In this document: piece after piece, positions 31,694 to 41,524 of the stretch
Layout of the letters: every line of letters starts with the position of its first letter
Numbering within the stretch: position 1 is the first letter of the stretch
Assembly: GCA_964441235.1 (NCBI GenBank)
Contig: CAYTUQ010000002.1
Span: 1,705-65,704 of the forward strand
From: an uncultured bacterium
Lineage (GTDB): Bacteria > Fidelibacterota > UBA2242
Reading direction: 5' to 3'
Length of the DNA stretch: 64,000 nucleotides
The notes under the pieces: generated by a model
What the model saw: the letters and a program-made list of their open reading frames with translations, nothing else
The model's database searches: none
Told to the model about the DNA's origin: nothing
Made by a program: the position numbers and the translations under genes

Positions 31694-32020
31694 TTTAAGA
31701 TTATTTTTTGGAATAAGAAAATAGATAAAAAAGTCGGAGATAAGCTCGGAGAAAAGGTGGTCAGAAAATCTTGCAAAAAGCTAAAAATATATTAGACTTA
31801 GTTAAAACAAATCCACATATTTCAAAAAGTGAACGCACTGCGTTCAGAATTGAGCTGGACGCATTATAGTCTATTGTTGAAGGTAGAAATTGATGTTGTT
31901 GACCATATTATTGCCACCAAAACTGAATATTTTAGTTTTAAAGATAGAAAATTATTGCAATGTTGCTGAAAGTTTAATATTTTCATTTACCTGTATAAAT
32001 TTATACAGGAATTATAAAAT

Positions 32021-32602
32021 ATGAAAAATATAAAGGCTATAGAAATCTTACAAAATTCAGGGAAGAAGATTTTCACCCTTTCTGAAATAAAGAATATTTT
32101 AGGCATTGAGAAAGATAATACAATCTACAAAAAAGTAGAATCTTTGATAAAAGATCGGATATTAAAAAGGGCAATTAAAGGAATCTATTATTTTACTTAT
32201 AATTCACCGTCAGATTTTGAATTAGCTAATCATCTTTATCAACCGTCTTATGTCTCTCTTACTTCGGCGTTAAATTTCCATGGAATTTTAGTCCAGGTGC
32301 CATATAAAATAACTTCTGTTACTCCTAAATTAACACGGGAAATTTATATTAACGAAAAGACCTTTAAATATTCTCATATCTCAAAAGATTATTTTTGGGG
32401 ATATCAAAAAGTAGAAGGATTTCTAATTGCAGAACCAGAAAAAGCATTTTTGGATGTTCTGTTCTTTATGAGCTTGGGGAGGATTATTATAAGTTACGAT
32501 GAACTTTTGTTAGATAGGATTGATTATGAAAAATTTTCAGAAATGACCAAAAAAATTAAAAACCCTAACTTTCACAGATTTTTAAAAAAATTAAAATTAT
32601 GA
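32021..32602 (+). CDS. AbiEi-type antitoxin/transcriptional regulator (type IV TA / abortive infection)
   Basis: N-terminal wHTH (KNILGIEKDNTIYKKVESLIKDRILKRAIKGIYYF). Its stop overlaps the start of the downstream AbiEii gene (ATGA). Confidence 0.55.
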   Translation: MKNIKAIEILQNSGKKIFTLSEIKNILGIEKDNTIYKKVESLIKDRILKRAIKGIYYFTYNSPSDFELANHLYQPSYVSLTSALNFHGILVQVPYKITSVTPKLTREIYINEKTFKYSHISKDYFWGYQKVEGFLIAEPEKAFLDVLFFMSLGRIIISYDELLLDRIDYEKFSEMTKKIKNPNFHRFLKKLKL

Positions 32603-33399
32603 TTACACCTGAACAGATTCAAGATTTATCAAAAAAAAAGAGGATAAATCAAGATACTATACTGCGAGAATATCTTCAACTTTTATTTTTGCAGAATCTT
32701 TATAGCGAAAAGTTGTCACAGAAAATTTATTTTAGAGGCGGAACAGCAATTCATTTGCTTTTAGGTTCTTCACGATTTTCAATGGATTTGGATTTTACTT
32801 CAGAAATTTCTACAACTTGTCTGGAAAAATTAATAAAAAAGATTGTTGATAGAATGAATTTGGAAATTCCAGATATCAGATTAAAATCATCAAGAAAAAG
32901 AATCAATCACTCATTTTCTAAGATTCTATCCTATTATCCAAAAGAGAAGAAATACCCTGTTAATATTGCAATTGATTTCTCTTTAAGAGAAAAACCTGTG
33001 AAAAAAACTCAAATAACAGTATTGAAAACTGATTTTCCAATAAGTGGTTTACCTGTAATTTCACATCTACATTGGCAGGAAATCTTAGCAGAAAAAATCA
33101 GGGCAATCTTGATTCGTGGAAAAGGAAGAGATTTATATGATATTTATTATTTGGTTATGAAAAATATCCGCCAGCTGGCAGATTGGGATGTGGTGAAAGA
33201 AAAAATGAAGATATATCCAGAAGTTGATATTGATACAAATATGAATACTCTTATTAGTAGAATTGAAAAATTGGGAAACAAAGAGCTTAAAAATGATTTA
33301 GCCCAGTTTTTACCTGATTCTGAAAGAAATTCTCTTTTGCCAATATTGAAAGACGAGTTAATTAAAGAACTTGAAAAATATAAACAAACACGAGGATGA
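32599..33399 (+). CDS. AbiEii/AbiGii nucleotidyltransferase toxin (DUF1814)
   Basis: YFRGGTAIHLLLGSSRFSMDLDF matches the GGTAL...R.S.DLDF nucleotidyltransferase signature. Confidence 0.7.
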   Translation: MITPEQIQDLSKKKRINQDTILREYLQLLFLQNLYSEKLSQKIYFRGGTAIHLLLGSSRFSMDLDFTSEISTTCLEKLIKKIVDRMNLEIPDIRLKSSRKRINHSFSKILSYYPKEKKYPVNIAIDFSLREKPVKKTQITVLKTDFPISGLPVISHLHWQEILAEKIRAILIRGKGRDLYDIYYLVMKNIRQLADWDVVKEKMKIYPEVDIDTNMNTLISRIEKLGNKELKNDLAQFLPDSERNSLLPILKDELIKELEKYKQTRG

Positions 33400-33490
33400 G
33401 TTTATAATTCGGTGAAAATTATGAACAAAAATAATTACCAAAATTGGACAAATGATGCTTATAATAATTAAATAGGACCATGAAATAGTT

Positions 33491-34216
33491 ATGGATGAAA
33501 AGAGTTGGATAAAAAATAGACCGGAGTATGAAAGACCTCGTGAAAAACTTTTGAAGTTTGGTTCTAAGAATCTTTCTAATTCGGAATTACTTGCTATCTT
33601 TCTTAGAATAGGTGTTAAAGACAAAAGTGCAATTCAACTTGCAGCAGAAATATTAGAAAAATTTGGTGGGATTAGAGGAATTTGTACTGCCAAAATAGAA
33701 GATTTACTTACAATAAAAGGATTGGGTATAGCAAAGATTGCTCAATTAAAAGCAACTTTAGAACTCGCTGAAAGGTATCTTAAAGAAGATGTTAAGCAAA
33801 AATCAATTGTAGAAAGCTCAAAGGAAGTTTTAAATTATCTTCATCATTCAATGCAAGATTTAGATCATGAATTAATGAAAGTAATCCTTTTGAATGGTCA
33901 AAATCAAATAATAAATATTGTAGATTTATTTAGAGGCTCTATAAGTTCATCAAGTGTTTATCCAAGGGAGATAATCAAATTGGCTCTTAAATATTCAGCT
34001 TTAGCAATTGTTATTGTTCATAATCATCCTTCTGGAATTTCAAAACCAAGCGAAGGTGATAAAAAACTTACAAAAGAAATTATTTTTGCATGTATTTCTA
34101 CAGGTATTAAAGTTCACGACCATATAATAATTGGCAATAAAAAGCATTATAGTTTTGCTGATGAGGGAATTATTGAAGTTTACGAAAAAGAATATGAAAA
34201 GAGGATGAAACTATGA
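33491..34216 (+). CDS. radC: RadC-like JAB/MPN domain protein
   Basis: N-terminal HhH (LLTIKGLGIAKIAQLKATLELAERY) and a JAMM motif (HNHPSG...S..D). Confidence 0.8.
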   Translation: MDEKSWIKNRPEYERPREKLLKFGSKNLSNSELLAIFLRIGVKDKSAIQLAAEILEKFGGIRGICTAKIEDLLTIKGLGIAKIAQLKATLELAERYLKEDVKQKSIVESSKEVLNYLHHSMQDLDHELMKVILLNGQNQIINIVDLFRGSISSSSVYPREIIKLALKYSALAIVIVHNHPSGISKPSEGDKKLTKEIIFACISTGIKVHDHIIIGNKKHYSFADEGIIEVYEKEYEKRMKL

Positions 34217-36096
34217 GTCCAGTAAAATATCAAAGAGTGGATGAAATAGAAAAAAGGGGATATTTAAGAGATTATGCAACGGGAAAATGGGTTAGGTCAA
34301 GGCCCGAAGAAGGACCAAGACAAATATTTGAAAAAAGGTTAGTTGGAGAATATGGCTACGACAAAGGTCAAATTGAAATTGAGTTCTTAATACAAAAAGG
34401 AGCTAGAAAAATCGGTCCTGCTGATATAGTTGTTTTTCACGATTCAAAAAGAAAAACATTTGATAACATAAAAATAGTGGTTGAAACAAAGAGAAAAGAA
34501 AAAAATGATGGAAAAGATCAATTAAGATCTTATTCAATATCACCATCCCAAGAATTTGCAGTTTGGTTTAACGGAAAAGACATTCTATTTCTACAGGTTC
34601 TGAAAAAAGCACCATGGTTTAGAGAAATCCCAGATATTCCTAAAAAAGGTGAGACATTAGAAGATGTAGGGCTTTATTATAAGAAGGATTTAAAACCTGC
34701 AACAGAACTGAAAACTGTTTTTGAGATTTGTCACAATTATATTTATGCAAATGAGGGACTCTTGAAAGAGAAGGTATTTAATGAGGTGCTAAAACTAATT
34801 TTTATCAAAATGGCTGATGAAAAGAAATCAAATCCCAAATGTGAGTTTAGAATTACTGACAAAGAATTAAAAGAATTAGAAGAGGGCAAAGAAAATGCAT
34901 TTGTGAATAGGATTTTGAATCTTTTTAGTGAAGTAAAAACAAGATATAGTGATGTTTTTGAGAAAAATGAAAGAATATATCTAAGACCTTTAACAATTGC
35001 CTTTATTGTCAGTCAATTCCAAAAATATAGTTTGATTAACACTAAAGCAGATGTTAAAGGAACAGCATTTCAAACATTTGTTTATGCTCATCAAAGAGGA
35101 GAGAGAGGGGAGTTCTTTACACCACATCCAATTGTTGAATTAGCAGTAAATATGCTAAATCCAAAAGACAATGAAAGATTTATTGACCCTGCTTGTGGTT
35201 CTGGCGGTTTCCTTGTTAAAGGAATGAATTATATTAAAGAAAAATTTATTAAAGATAATCCTCATAGGATAACTGAAGCAGATAAATTTATAGGTGAATA
35301 TGCACATTCTTATGTTTCTGGAATTGATATTAATCCTGATTTGGCAAAAGTTGCAAAGATGCACATGATTTTGTATGATGATGGACACACGGGAATTTTT
35401 TCAGCGAATACTTTAGAGAGTTTTGATAATTTGGTAAAAACTGCACAAGAAATGGGAGTTCCAAGAGCAATACAACCAAGACCAAATACTTTTCAAGTTT
35501 TGATGACCAATCCACCTTTTGGGACAAAGGGAAAAGTAACGAATAAAAGAATCTTGGAAAACTTTGAACTTGGCCATAAATGGAAAAACGATAAAGAAAT
35601 AGGAGGATGGATAAAAACAAATAAAATCTTGGATGGGCAAGTTCCAGATATTTTATTCATTGAGAGATGTTTGCGGTTATTGGACAATCATGGTAGAATG
35701 GCAATTGTTTTGCCTGACGGTGATTTAACAAATCAAAATACAGAGCATATAAGAGAATTTATTAAACAAAAAGCAAGATTACTGGCAGTAGTTTCTATGC
35801 CTATTGGAACATTTATGCATGCTGGAGTTAATCCAAAAGCAAGTGTATTGTTTTTACAAAAATTGGATGAAGAAAAATTAGAAGAGTTGAATAGAAAAGA
35901 TTATCCCATCTTCATGGCCATTGCTGAGAGGATAGGCTATGATTTAACAAGTAAAACACCTAAAATACTTTACAAAAGAGATGAGAAGGGAGAGATAATT
36001 AAATATAAAGAAGGAAAACCAATTATTGAATCTGATATTCCAGAAATAATAGAAGCGTTTAACGGATTCAAAAGGAAATATAACTTGAGGTTTTAA
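34213..36096 (+). CDS. hsdM: Type I-like N6-adenine DNA methyltransferase (HsdM) with N-terminal HsdR_N-like domain
   Basis: Motif I DPACGSGGFL and motif IV NPPFG. The N-terminal ~130 aa (ARKIGPADIVVFHD...IKIVVETKRKEK...QLRSYS...FAVWFNGKDI) match the HsdR_N PD-(D/E)xK-like fold. Confidence 0.75.
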   Translation: MSPVKYQRVDEIEKRGYLRDYATGKWVRSRPEEGPRQIFEKRLVGEYGYDKGQIEIEFLIQKGARKIGPADIVVFHDSKRKTFDNIKIVVETKRKEKNDGKDQLRSYSISPSQEFAVWFNGKDILFLQVLKKAPWFREIPDIPKKGETLEDVGLYYKKDLKPATELKTVFEICHNYIYANEGLLKEKVFNEVLKLIFIKMADEKKSNPKCEFRITDKELKELEEGKENAFVNRILNLFSEVKTRYSDVFEKNERIYLRPLTIAFIVSQFQKYSLINTKADVKGTAFQTFVYAHQRGERGEFFTPHPIVELAVNMLNPKDNERFIDPACGSGGFLVKGMNYIKEKFIKDNPHRITEADKFIGEYAHSYVSGIDINPDLAKVAKMHMILYDDGHTGIFSANTLESFDNLVKTAQEMGVPRAIQPRPNTFQVLMTNPPFGTKGKVTNKRILENFELGHKWKNDKEIGGWIKTNKILDGQVPDILFIERCLRLLDNHGRMAIVLPDGDLTNQNTEHIREFIKQKARLLAVVSMPIGTFMHAGVNPKASVLFLQKLDEEKLEELNRKDYPIFMAIAERIGYDLTSKTPKILYKRDEKGEIIKYKEGKPIIESDIPEIIEAFNGFKRKYNLRF

Positions 36097-37034
36097 TGAT
36101 GGAAAAAGAAAAAATGACTTTTGAGGATTTTTGGAATCATGAAACAGAATATTTTAAAGAAACGGCAAAAGAAAGTTTTAAAAAAAATAAACAGGGAGTT
36201 GAATATTTTATAGAATATCTCGATAATTATATAGATCTATTTGGCATAAACAAGTATTACCAAAAAGATGAAATAACAAATTCTATTTCTGCTATGTTTC
36301 TCTTTTACTCCTTTAAACAATTGCGATGGGTTAATCATGAGATTCTATCAGGTGCTTATTTTGAGGCAATCAGAGATTTAAGATTTGCATTTGAAACTAT
36401 TGTTTGGGCACATTTTTTAGATGAGTGGATTAACGAAAAAACAAAAGAATACCTAAAAGTAAGTATAGGAGCAGGAATATCTTTAAAATATGAGATTTTA
36501 AAGTTAAGAGATGAGATATATGATGTCAAAGGTTATAGAAAAAAGAAAAATGAAAGAGAGAAAATAGTTAAGGAAAATGTTGGCAAATTCATAAAAAAGC
36601 ATGCCCAAGATTTTACAAACGAAGAAACGTGGAAATATAAAGAACTTTATTTTGAAATCTTGAAGAACTTGGGAGTTGGATTTACTGGAAAAAATGGATT
36701 AATTGCTAAACTTCCCTTAGAAGAGGAAGATGAAAAGAAGTTGGACAAACTTTATTCAGAATTATCAAAATATATCCATCCATCAAACAGAATAATAAAA
36801 CCGTTTTATGAAGACGATATTGGTTTAATCTTTAATTTTTGCTATAATAAAATATTATTTAATAGCTGTATGAGGTTTCTTGTAGATGTTATGGACTTAT
36901 TTTATGCCATTCTTTACGTCCATTTTGAGAAACTTAGAGAAGTGATTAAAGAAAAAATTGTAGATTTTTGTAAGGTTAATTTTAATATGGAATTTCCGAT
37001 AACTGAAAAATTAATACGGGATGACCTAGTATGA
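36096..37034 (+). CDS. hypothetical protein embedded between hsdM and hsdS
   Basis: 312 aa with no recognisable motif. Start overlaps the hsdM stop and stop overlaps the hsdS start, so it is operonic. Confidence 0.3.
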   Translation: MMEKEKMTFEDFWNHETEYFKETAKESFKKNKQGVEYFIEYLDNYIDLFGINKYYQKDEITNSISAMFLFYSFKQLRWVNHEILSGAYFEAIRDLRFAFETIVWAHFLDEWINEKTKEYLKVSIGAGISLKYEILKLRDEIYDVKGYRKKKNEREKIVKENVGKFIKKHAQDFTNEETWKYKELYFEILKNLGVGFTGKNGLIAKLPLEEEDEKKLDKLYSELSKYIHPSNRIIKPFYEDDIGLIFNFCYNKILFNSCMRFLVDVMDLFYAILYVHFEKLREVIKEKIVDFCKVNFNMEFPITEKLIRDDLV

Positions 37035-39439
37035 TAATTTCAGAAGCAAAATTTTCAGAAGCTTATACCAAACTAAGATTTGATGCTGAATATTTTAAAA
37101 CAGAATTCATTGAAACACGATATAGATTAGAAAAAATTAATGCATCCAAACTTACTTCTATTGCTGAAATATCAAAATTAAGGAGGGATCCTACAAAAGA
37201 ATCGGATAAAGAATTTATATACATTGATATAAGCAATATTGATACATCTGTTGCTGATGTCAGTACACAGAAAATAATAGGTTATAAAGCACCAACAAGA
37301 GCGAGAAAATTAGTTCAAACAGGAGATGTTATAGTATCTACTGTACGACCGAATAGAAATGCCGTCGCAATTATACCAAAAGAATTAGATAATAGCGTTT
37401 GTTCTACAGGCTTTTGTGTTTTAAAACCGACGGAAGTAAATTTGCATTATTTGTTTGTTTTCTTAAAAACAAAATATGCAATAAATCAACTAGTAAGAGA
37501 AACTATGGCTTCTATGTATCCCGCAGTTAGTGAAGATCAAATTAAAAAGATATTGGTGTTTTTACCATCTTTTGAATTCCAGTTTCACGTAGAAAAACTC
37601 GTCAAAGAAGCATTTTCAAAACGAAAACTTGCTGATGAAAAATACAAACAAGCAAAACAACTTTTAGAAAAAGAATTAGGACTTGATAAATTAAAATTAA
37701 AAGAAGAAAAAACATTTGAAGCAAAATCATCAGAACTATTTGGAAGTAGAAGATTTGATTCTGAGTACTACAAGCCGAAGTGCAAACAAATCATAAGGTT
37801 TCTTAAAAATTCTGGGTTTGAAGTAAAGAAATTAAAAGAGATTGTAAAAATTTCAAATAAGAAAATTGACCCAACAAAGGAGCCAACCAAAAGGTTTAGA
37901 TATGTTCCAATAGCAAAGATAAATTCAAATGGAGAAATTGATGAGTGGGATGAATTTAATGGTTGGCAGGCACCAAGCAGGGCAAGAATGCTTATTAAAA
38001 AAGGGGATGTTTTAGTCTCATCATTAGGTGGTTCGCTTAACAAAATAGCATTAGTTCCTGAAGAATTAAATAATTCAATTGCTACAACAGGAACCTTTGT
38101 CATCAATTCTGAAAACTTTTATAGTGAATTCTTATTTTTATTATTCAGAACAGAACTAATCAAATTGCAGTTGGAGCGGAAAACAGCAGGTGCAATAATG
38201 ACTGCTGTTCCTAAAACAACTTTTGGAAATTTACTAATTCCAATTATTCCAAAACAAAAGCAAGAAAATATTGCAAAATTAATAAACCAATCTTTTACTT
38301 TGAGAAAAGAAGCAAAACAACTTTTAGAAGAGGCAAAAGAAAAGGTGGAAAGTATGATAGAAAATCCTTTAGAAATCTCTGAAACCCAACCCGTTCTCCG
38401 TAGTCCTGATAAAATTGGGACGAAGGGTGAACCTGAGATTATTATCCCTTTTCCTATTCCTTCAAAATTAATAAGCCTTAAACCGCCTGTCAAAGTAAAA
38501 TATAAAGATTACCAAATGCTTGATGGTTCAATAAAGAAATTGGTTCAACAAATAGGAGATGGTTCAATCATTAAAAGATTTGAAAAAACACCAATACCTA
38601 AAAGTAAAATAGATGTAGTTTGTCCTCATTTTCTTGAATTAAAATGGGCAACAGGATGTCCTTATGATTGTTCCTGGTGCTATCTGAAAGGAACTTTTAG
38701 ATTCTTGCCGTATAAAGCGAAACCACATATTAAGGATTTTGATAAGATAGAAAAACATACAAAGACATTTTTGGAATATGTTCAAACTCCTGAAGTATTA
38801 AATACAGGTGAGCTGGCAGACTCACTAATGCTTGAAGTAAAGAATAAATCATTTGTTAAGTTTATTGTTCCACTTTTTGAAAACCAAAATAAGCATAAGA
38901 TTCTCTTTTTGAGTAAATCAAACAAAATAGAAAATCTTTTATTACTTAATACACATCGTCAGGTTATAGTAAGTTTTAGTCTTAATGCTATTCCTGTGGC
39001 ACAAAGATGGGAAAAGAAAGCACCTTCAGTTGAAGACCGCATAAAAGCAGCAGGGATTCTATACAAACAACGATTTGAAGTAAGGATAAGGATAGACCCA
39101 ATGATCCCTGTGGAAAACTGGGAGCAACTTTATACTGATTTAATAGACCGCATATTTAATTCGTTTATACCTGAAAGAATTACTTTAGGTTCTCTTAGAG
39201 GATTACAGAGTACTATCAATGGAACATCAGATAAGTCCTGGGTAAAATATCTATCTGAACGCTCAAACTGGGGAAGAAAAATAGATATTAATTTAAGGCT
39301 TGCTATGTACAAAACAATTATCTCTTATTTAAATGAAAAGTATAAATATAATAAGGTCGCTCTTTGCAAAGAAACTTTGGCAATTTGGGATATACTAAAT
39401 ACGAATTATAAAAATATAAAATGTAATTGTGTGTGGTAG
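37031..39439 (+). CDS. hsdS: Type I specificity subunit (two TRDs) fused to a C-terminal SPL/COG1533-like radical SAM domain
   Basis: Residues 1-~450 carry two HsdS target-recognition domains (RFDAEYF...STGFCVLKP..., RFDSEYYKP...TTGTFVI...) with conserved coiled-coil spacers. Residues ~500-802 carry CPYDCSWCY (CxxxCxxC) followed by spore-photoproduct-lyase-family landmarks (LFLSKS, SFSLNA, IRIDPMIP). It is a single continuous ORF. Confidence 0.6.
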   Translation: MIISEAKFSEAYTKLRFDAEYFKTEFIETRYRLEKINASKLTSIAEISKLRRDPTKESDKEFIYIDISNIDTSVADVSTQKIIGYKAPTRARKLVQTGDVIVSTVRPNRNAVAIIPKELDNSVCSTGFCVLKPTEVNLHYLFVFLKTKYAINQLVRETMASMYPAVSEDQIKKILVFLPSFEFQFHVEKLVKEAFSKRKLADEKYKQAKQLLEKELGLDKLKLKEEKTFEAKSSELFGSRRFDSEYYKPKCKQIIRFLKNSGFEVKKLKEIVKISNKKIDPTKEPTKRFRYVPIAKINSNGEIDEWDEFNGWQAPSRARMLIKKGDVLVSSLGGSLNKIALVPEELNNSIATTGTFVINSENFYSEFLFLLFRTELIKLQLERKTAGAIMTAVPKTTFGNLLIPIIPKQKQENIAKLINQSFTLRKEAKQLLEEAKEKVESMIENPLEISETQPVLRSPDKIGTKGEPEIIIPFPIPSKLISLKPPVKVKYKDYQMLDGSIKKLVQQIGDGSIIKRFEKTPIPKSKIDVVCPHFLELKWATGCPYDCSWCYLKGTFRFLPYKAKPHIKDFDKIEKHTKTFLEYVQTPEVLNTGELADSLMLEVKNKSFVKFIVPLFENQNKHKILFLSKSNKIENLLLLNTHRQVIVSFSLNAIPVAQRWEKKAPSVEDRIKAAGILYKQRFEVRIRIDPMIPVENWEQLYTDLIDRIFNSFIPERITLGSLRGLQSTINGTSDKSWVKYLSERSNWGRKIDINLRLAMYKTIISYLNEKYKYNKVALCKETLAIWDILNTNYKNIKCNCVW

Positions 39440-39451
39440 AAAGGAAAGATT

Positions 39452-40549
39452 ATGTCTATTAAAGAAACAATATGGAAGATTGAACTGCACACACAGGCAA
39501 AGCATGAAATACTAAAGCGGTATCTTCAAGCGTGGCTTCCAATAATGAGTACTGTTAGTGGGCGTATTTTGTATATTGATGGCTTTGCAGGTCCAGGAAA
39601 GTATTTAGACGAAAATAATCAGCCAACTATTGATGGCTCTCCACTTGTGGCTATGAATGCAGCAATAAAGCACAAGTTACCGCTAAAGGCGGAGATAGTA
39701 TTTCTTTTAATTGAAGCAGACCCTAAAAGATTTGACTATCTTAAAAATTTGCTTTCAGAAATAACTTTTGCAGATAGTATGAAATATAAAGTAGTATGTA
39801 GTAAATTTGATGAAACTCTTACATCTATTCTAAACGACTTTGATGAGCAGAAGAAACAATTAGCTCCAACTTTTGCATTCATTGACCCATTTGGATATTC
39901 CGATACACCTCTTGCAGTTGTTAAACGAATAATGGAGAGCCCAAAGTGTGAGGTCCTTATTACATTTATGTATAGTTTTATAAAAAGAGCTATTGTCAAA
40001 CTCGACCAAGAAGATCATCTAGACATTCTTTTTGGTACCCAAGAATGGAGAAAAATTCGAGATATTGGTTATCCTTCAAAGAAACGAGAATTTGCCCAGC
40101 AACTTTATAAAAAACAATTGGAAAAGGAAGCCAATATAAAATATGTGCGTTTTTTTGAGATGATTAATAAGTTCAATCAAACTGAATATTTTTTATTTTT
40201 CGGAACTAATAGTCTTGAAGGACTTAGATATATGAATTCGTCAATGTGGAAAGTTGATCCGAGTGGAACATTTCAATTTTCTGATAGAACAAATCCTAAT
40301 CAAACAGTGCTCTTTACTCTAGAGCCTAACTATAACTTACTTAAAAGATTAATTGTCAGAGAATATAAAGGTAAAACGGTCTCAGTTGAAGAAGTTGATG
40401 AATTTGTATTAGTGGCTGGTTTCACTCATTTCAAAAAGAATATTTTGGAACCTATGGAAAGAGCAAAACCTGCTCAGATAGAAGTGATTAAGAGTAATAG
40501 GAAGAGAAGATATACTTATCCACCAAGAACTATAATTAAATTTTTGTAA
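39452..40549 (+). CDS. hypothetical protein with methyltransferase-like DxFxGxG motif, possible radical-SAM partner ('TcmP-like')
   Basis: LYIDGFAGPGKY resembles SAM-MTase motif I and FAFIDPFGY resembles a degenerate motif IV. Immediately downstream of the rSAM fusion, with a 12-nt gap. Assignment to the three-Cys-motif-partner family is from memory only. Confidence 0.3.
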   Translation: MSIKETIWKIELHTQAKHEILKRYLQAWLPIMSTVSGRILYIDGFAGPGKYLDENNQPTIDGSPLVAMNAAIKHKLPLKAEIVFLLIEADPKRFDYLKNLLSEITFADSMKYKVVCSKFDETLTSILNDFDEQKKQLAPTFAFIDPFGYSDTPLAVVKRIMESPKCEVLITFMYSFIKRAIVKLDQEDHLDILFGTQEWRKIRDIGYPSKKREFAQQLYKKQLEKEANIKYVRFFEMINKFNQTEYFLFFGTNSLEGLRYMNSSMWKVDPSGTFQFSDRTNPNQTVLFTLEPNYNLLKRLIVREYKGKTVSVEEVDEFVLVAGFTHFKKNILEPMERAKPAQIEVIKSNRKRRYTYPPRTIIKFL

Positions 40550-40643
40550 AAGAATTTAAAACATATTTTGATACAAAAATTAAATTTAATATCAGGTCAG
40601 TTTTAAAGTGAAATGCTAAATAAAAATTAAGGTGAGGAATAGG

Positions 40644-40922
40644 ATGAAGAAAAATCAGAAAACTGGCTACCAATATGAAAAATCTCAAGCAAAAAAACAC
40701 CGAGGTAAACATCTTGGTGGCCCAGGAAAACCGGATTATCAAAGAGGTAAAATTAAGGGTGAAGTAAAAGACTGGAAACATCCCGTACATAGCGGAGTAA
40801 TTAAAAAAGCCATAAAAAATGGTGTAAAAGAAGTTGTAAGTAAAAGTGGTTTCACAAAACCAGCTATACAATTGGCTAAAAAGAAAAATATAAAATTTAT
40901 AAGACGAGGAAAAAAAGTTTAG
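40644..40922 (+). CDS. small basic protein with PD-(D/E)xK-like motif (Mrr-cat-like restriction endonuclease fold?)
   Basis: GGPGKPDYQRGKIKGEVKDWKH fits D-x(9)-E-x-K. Very Lys/Arg-rich. RBS GGTGAGG precedes ATG 40644. Confidence 0.25.
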   Translation: MKKNQKTGYQYEKSQAKKHRGKHLGGPGKPDYQRGKIKGEVKDWKHPVHSGVIKKAIKNGVKEVVSKSGFTKPAIQLAKKKNIKFIRRGKKV

Positions 40923-41164
40923 AAAAAAATATAATTCTCCTATTCAGTCATTATAAATAAGATAAAAAATTTCTTATTTATAATGCAAATTTATTAGAAG
41001 CAATTGTTACTAAAAATCTTATTATTATGAAAAAAACATAGACATTTAGAGATTTGCCGATATAAGAGCAATAAATAGCATAAATGCAAAAGAAAAGCAA
41101 AATAGCTTTTTGAAGAAGCAAAAAGAAAAATTGAGAAGATGATTTTAAGATCATCTACAAGAAA

Positions 41165-41524
41165 ATGACTTTATTTATAGAGAACAAAATGAATAGAGAT
41201 AAAAATATCAGAAAAATAATTTCAAGAATGGTAGAGAAAATCAAAACTGAATATCAACCAGAAAGGATAGTTCTCTTTGGTTCTTATTCTTGGGGAAAGC
41301 CAACAAGGGATAGTGATGTAGATTTACTTATTATTAAAAAGACAAATGAAAGACATTTAGAGAGAGCAATTAGGGTTAGAGAAATTGTTGATAAAGAAAA
41401 CCGAATGGTTCCACTAGATATTGTGGTATATACTCCACAAGAGCTCAAACAGAGATTGAAAGCAAGAGATTGTTTTATAAAAACAATATTAACAAAAGGA
41501 GATGTAGTTTATGAACAAGAATGA
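41165..41524 (+). CDS. nucleotidyltransferase (MntA-like antitoxin, Pol-beta superfamily)
   Basis: LFGSYSWGKPTRDSDVDLLII is the GS...D.D motif. Overlaps the downstream HEPN gene by 14 nt. Confidence 0.7.
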   Translation: MTLFIENKMNRDKNIRKIISRMVEKIKTEYQPERIVLFGSYSWGKPTRDSDVDLLIIKKTNERHLERAIRVREIVDKENRMVPLDIVVYTPQELKQRLKARDCFIKTILTKGDVVYEQE

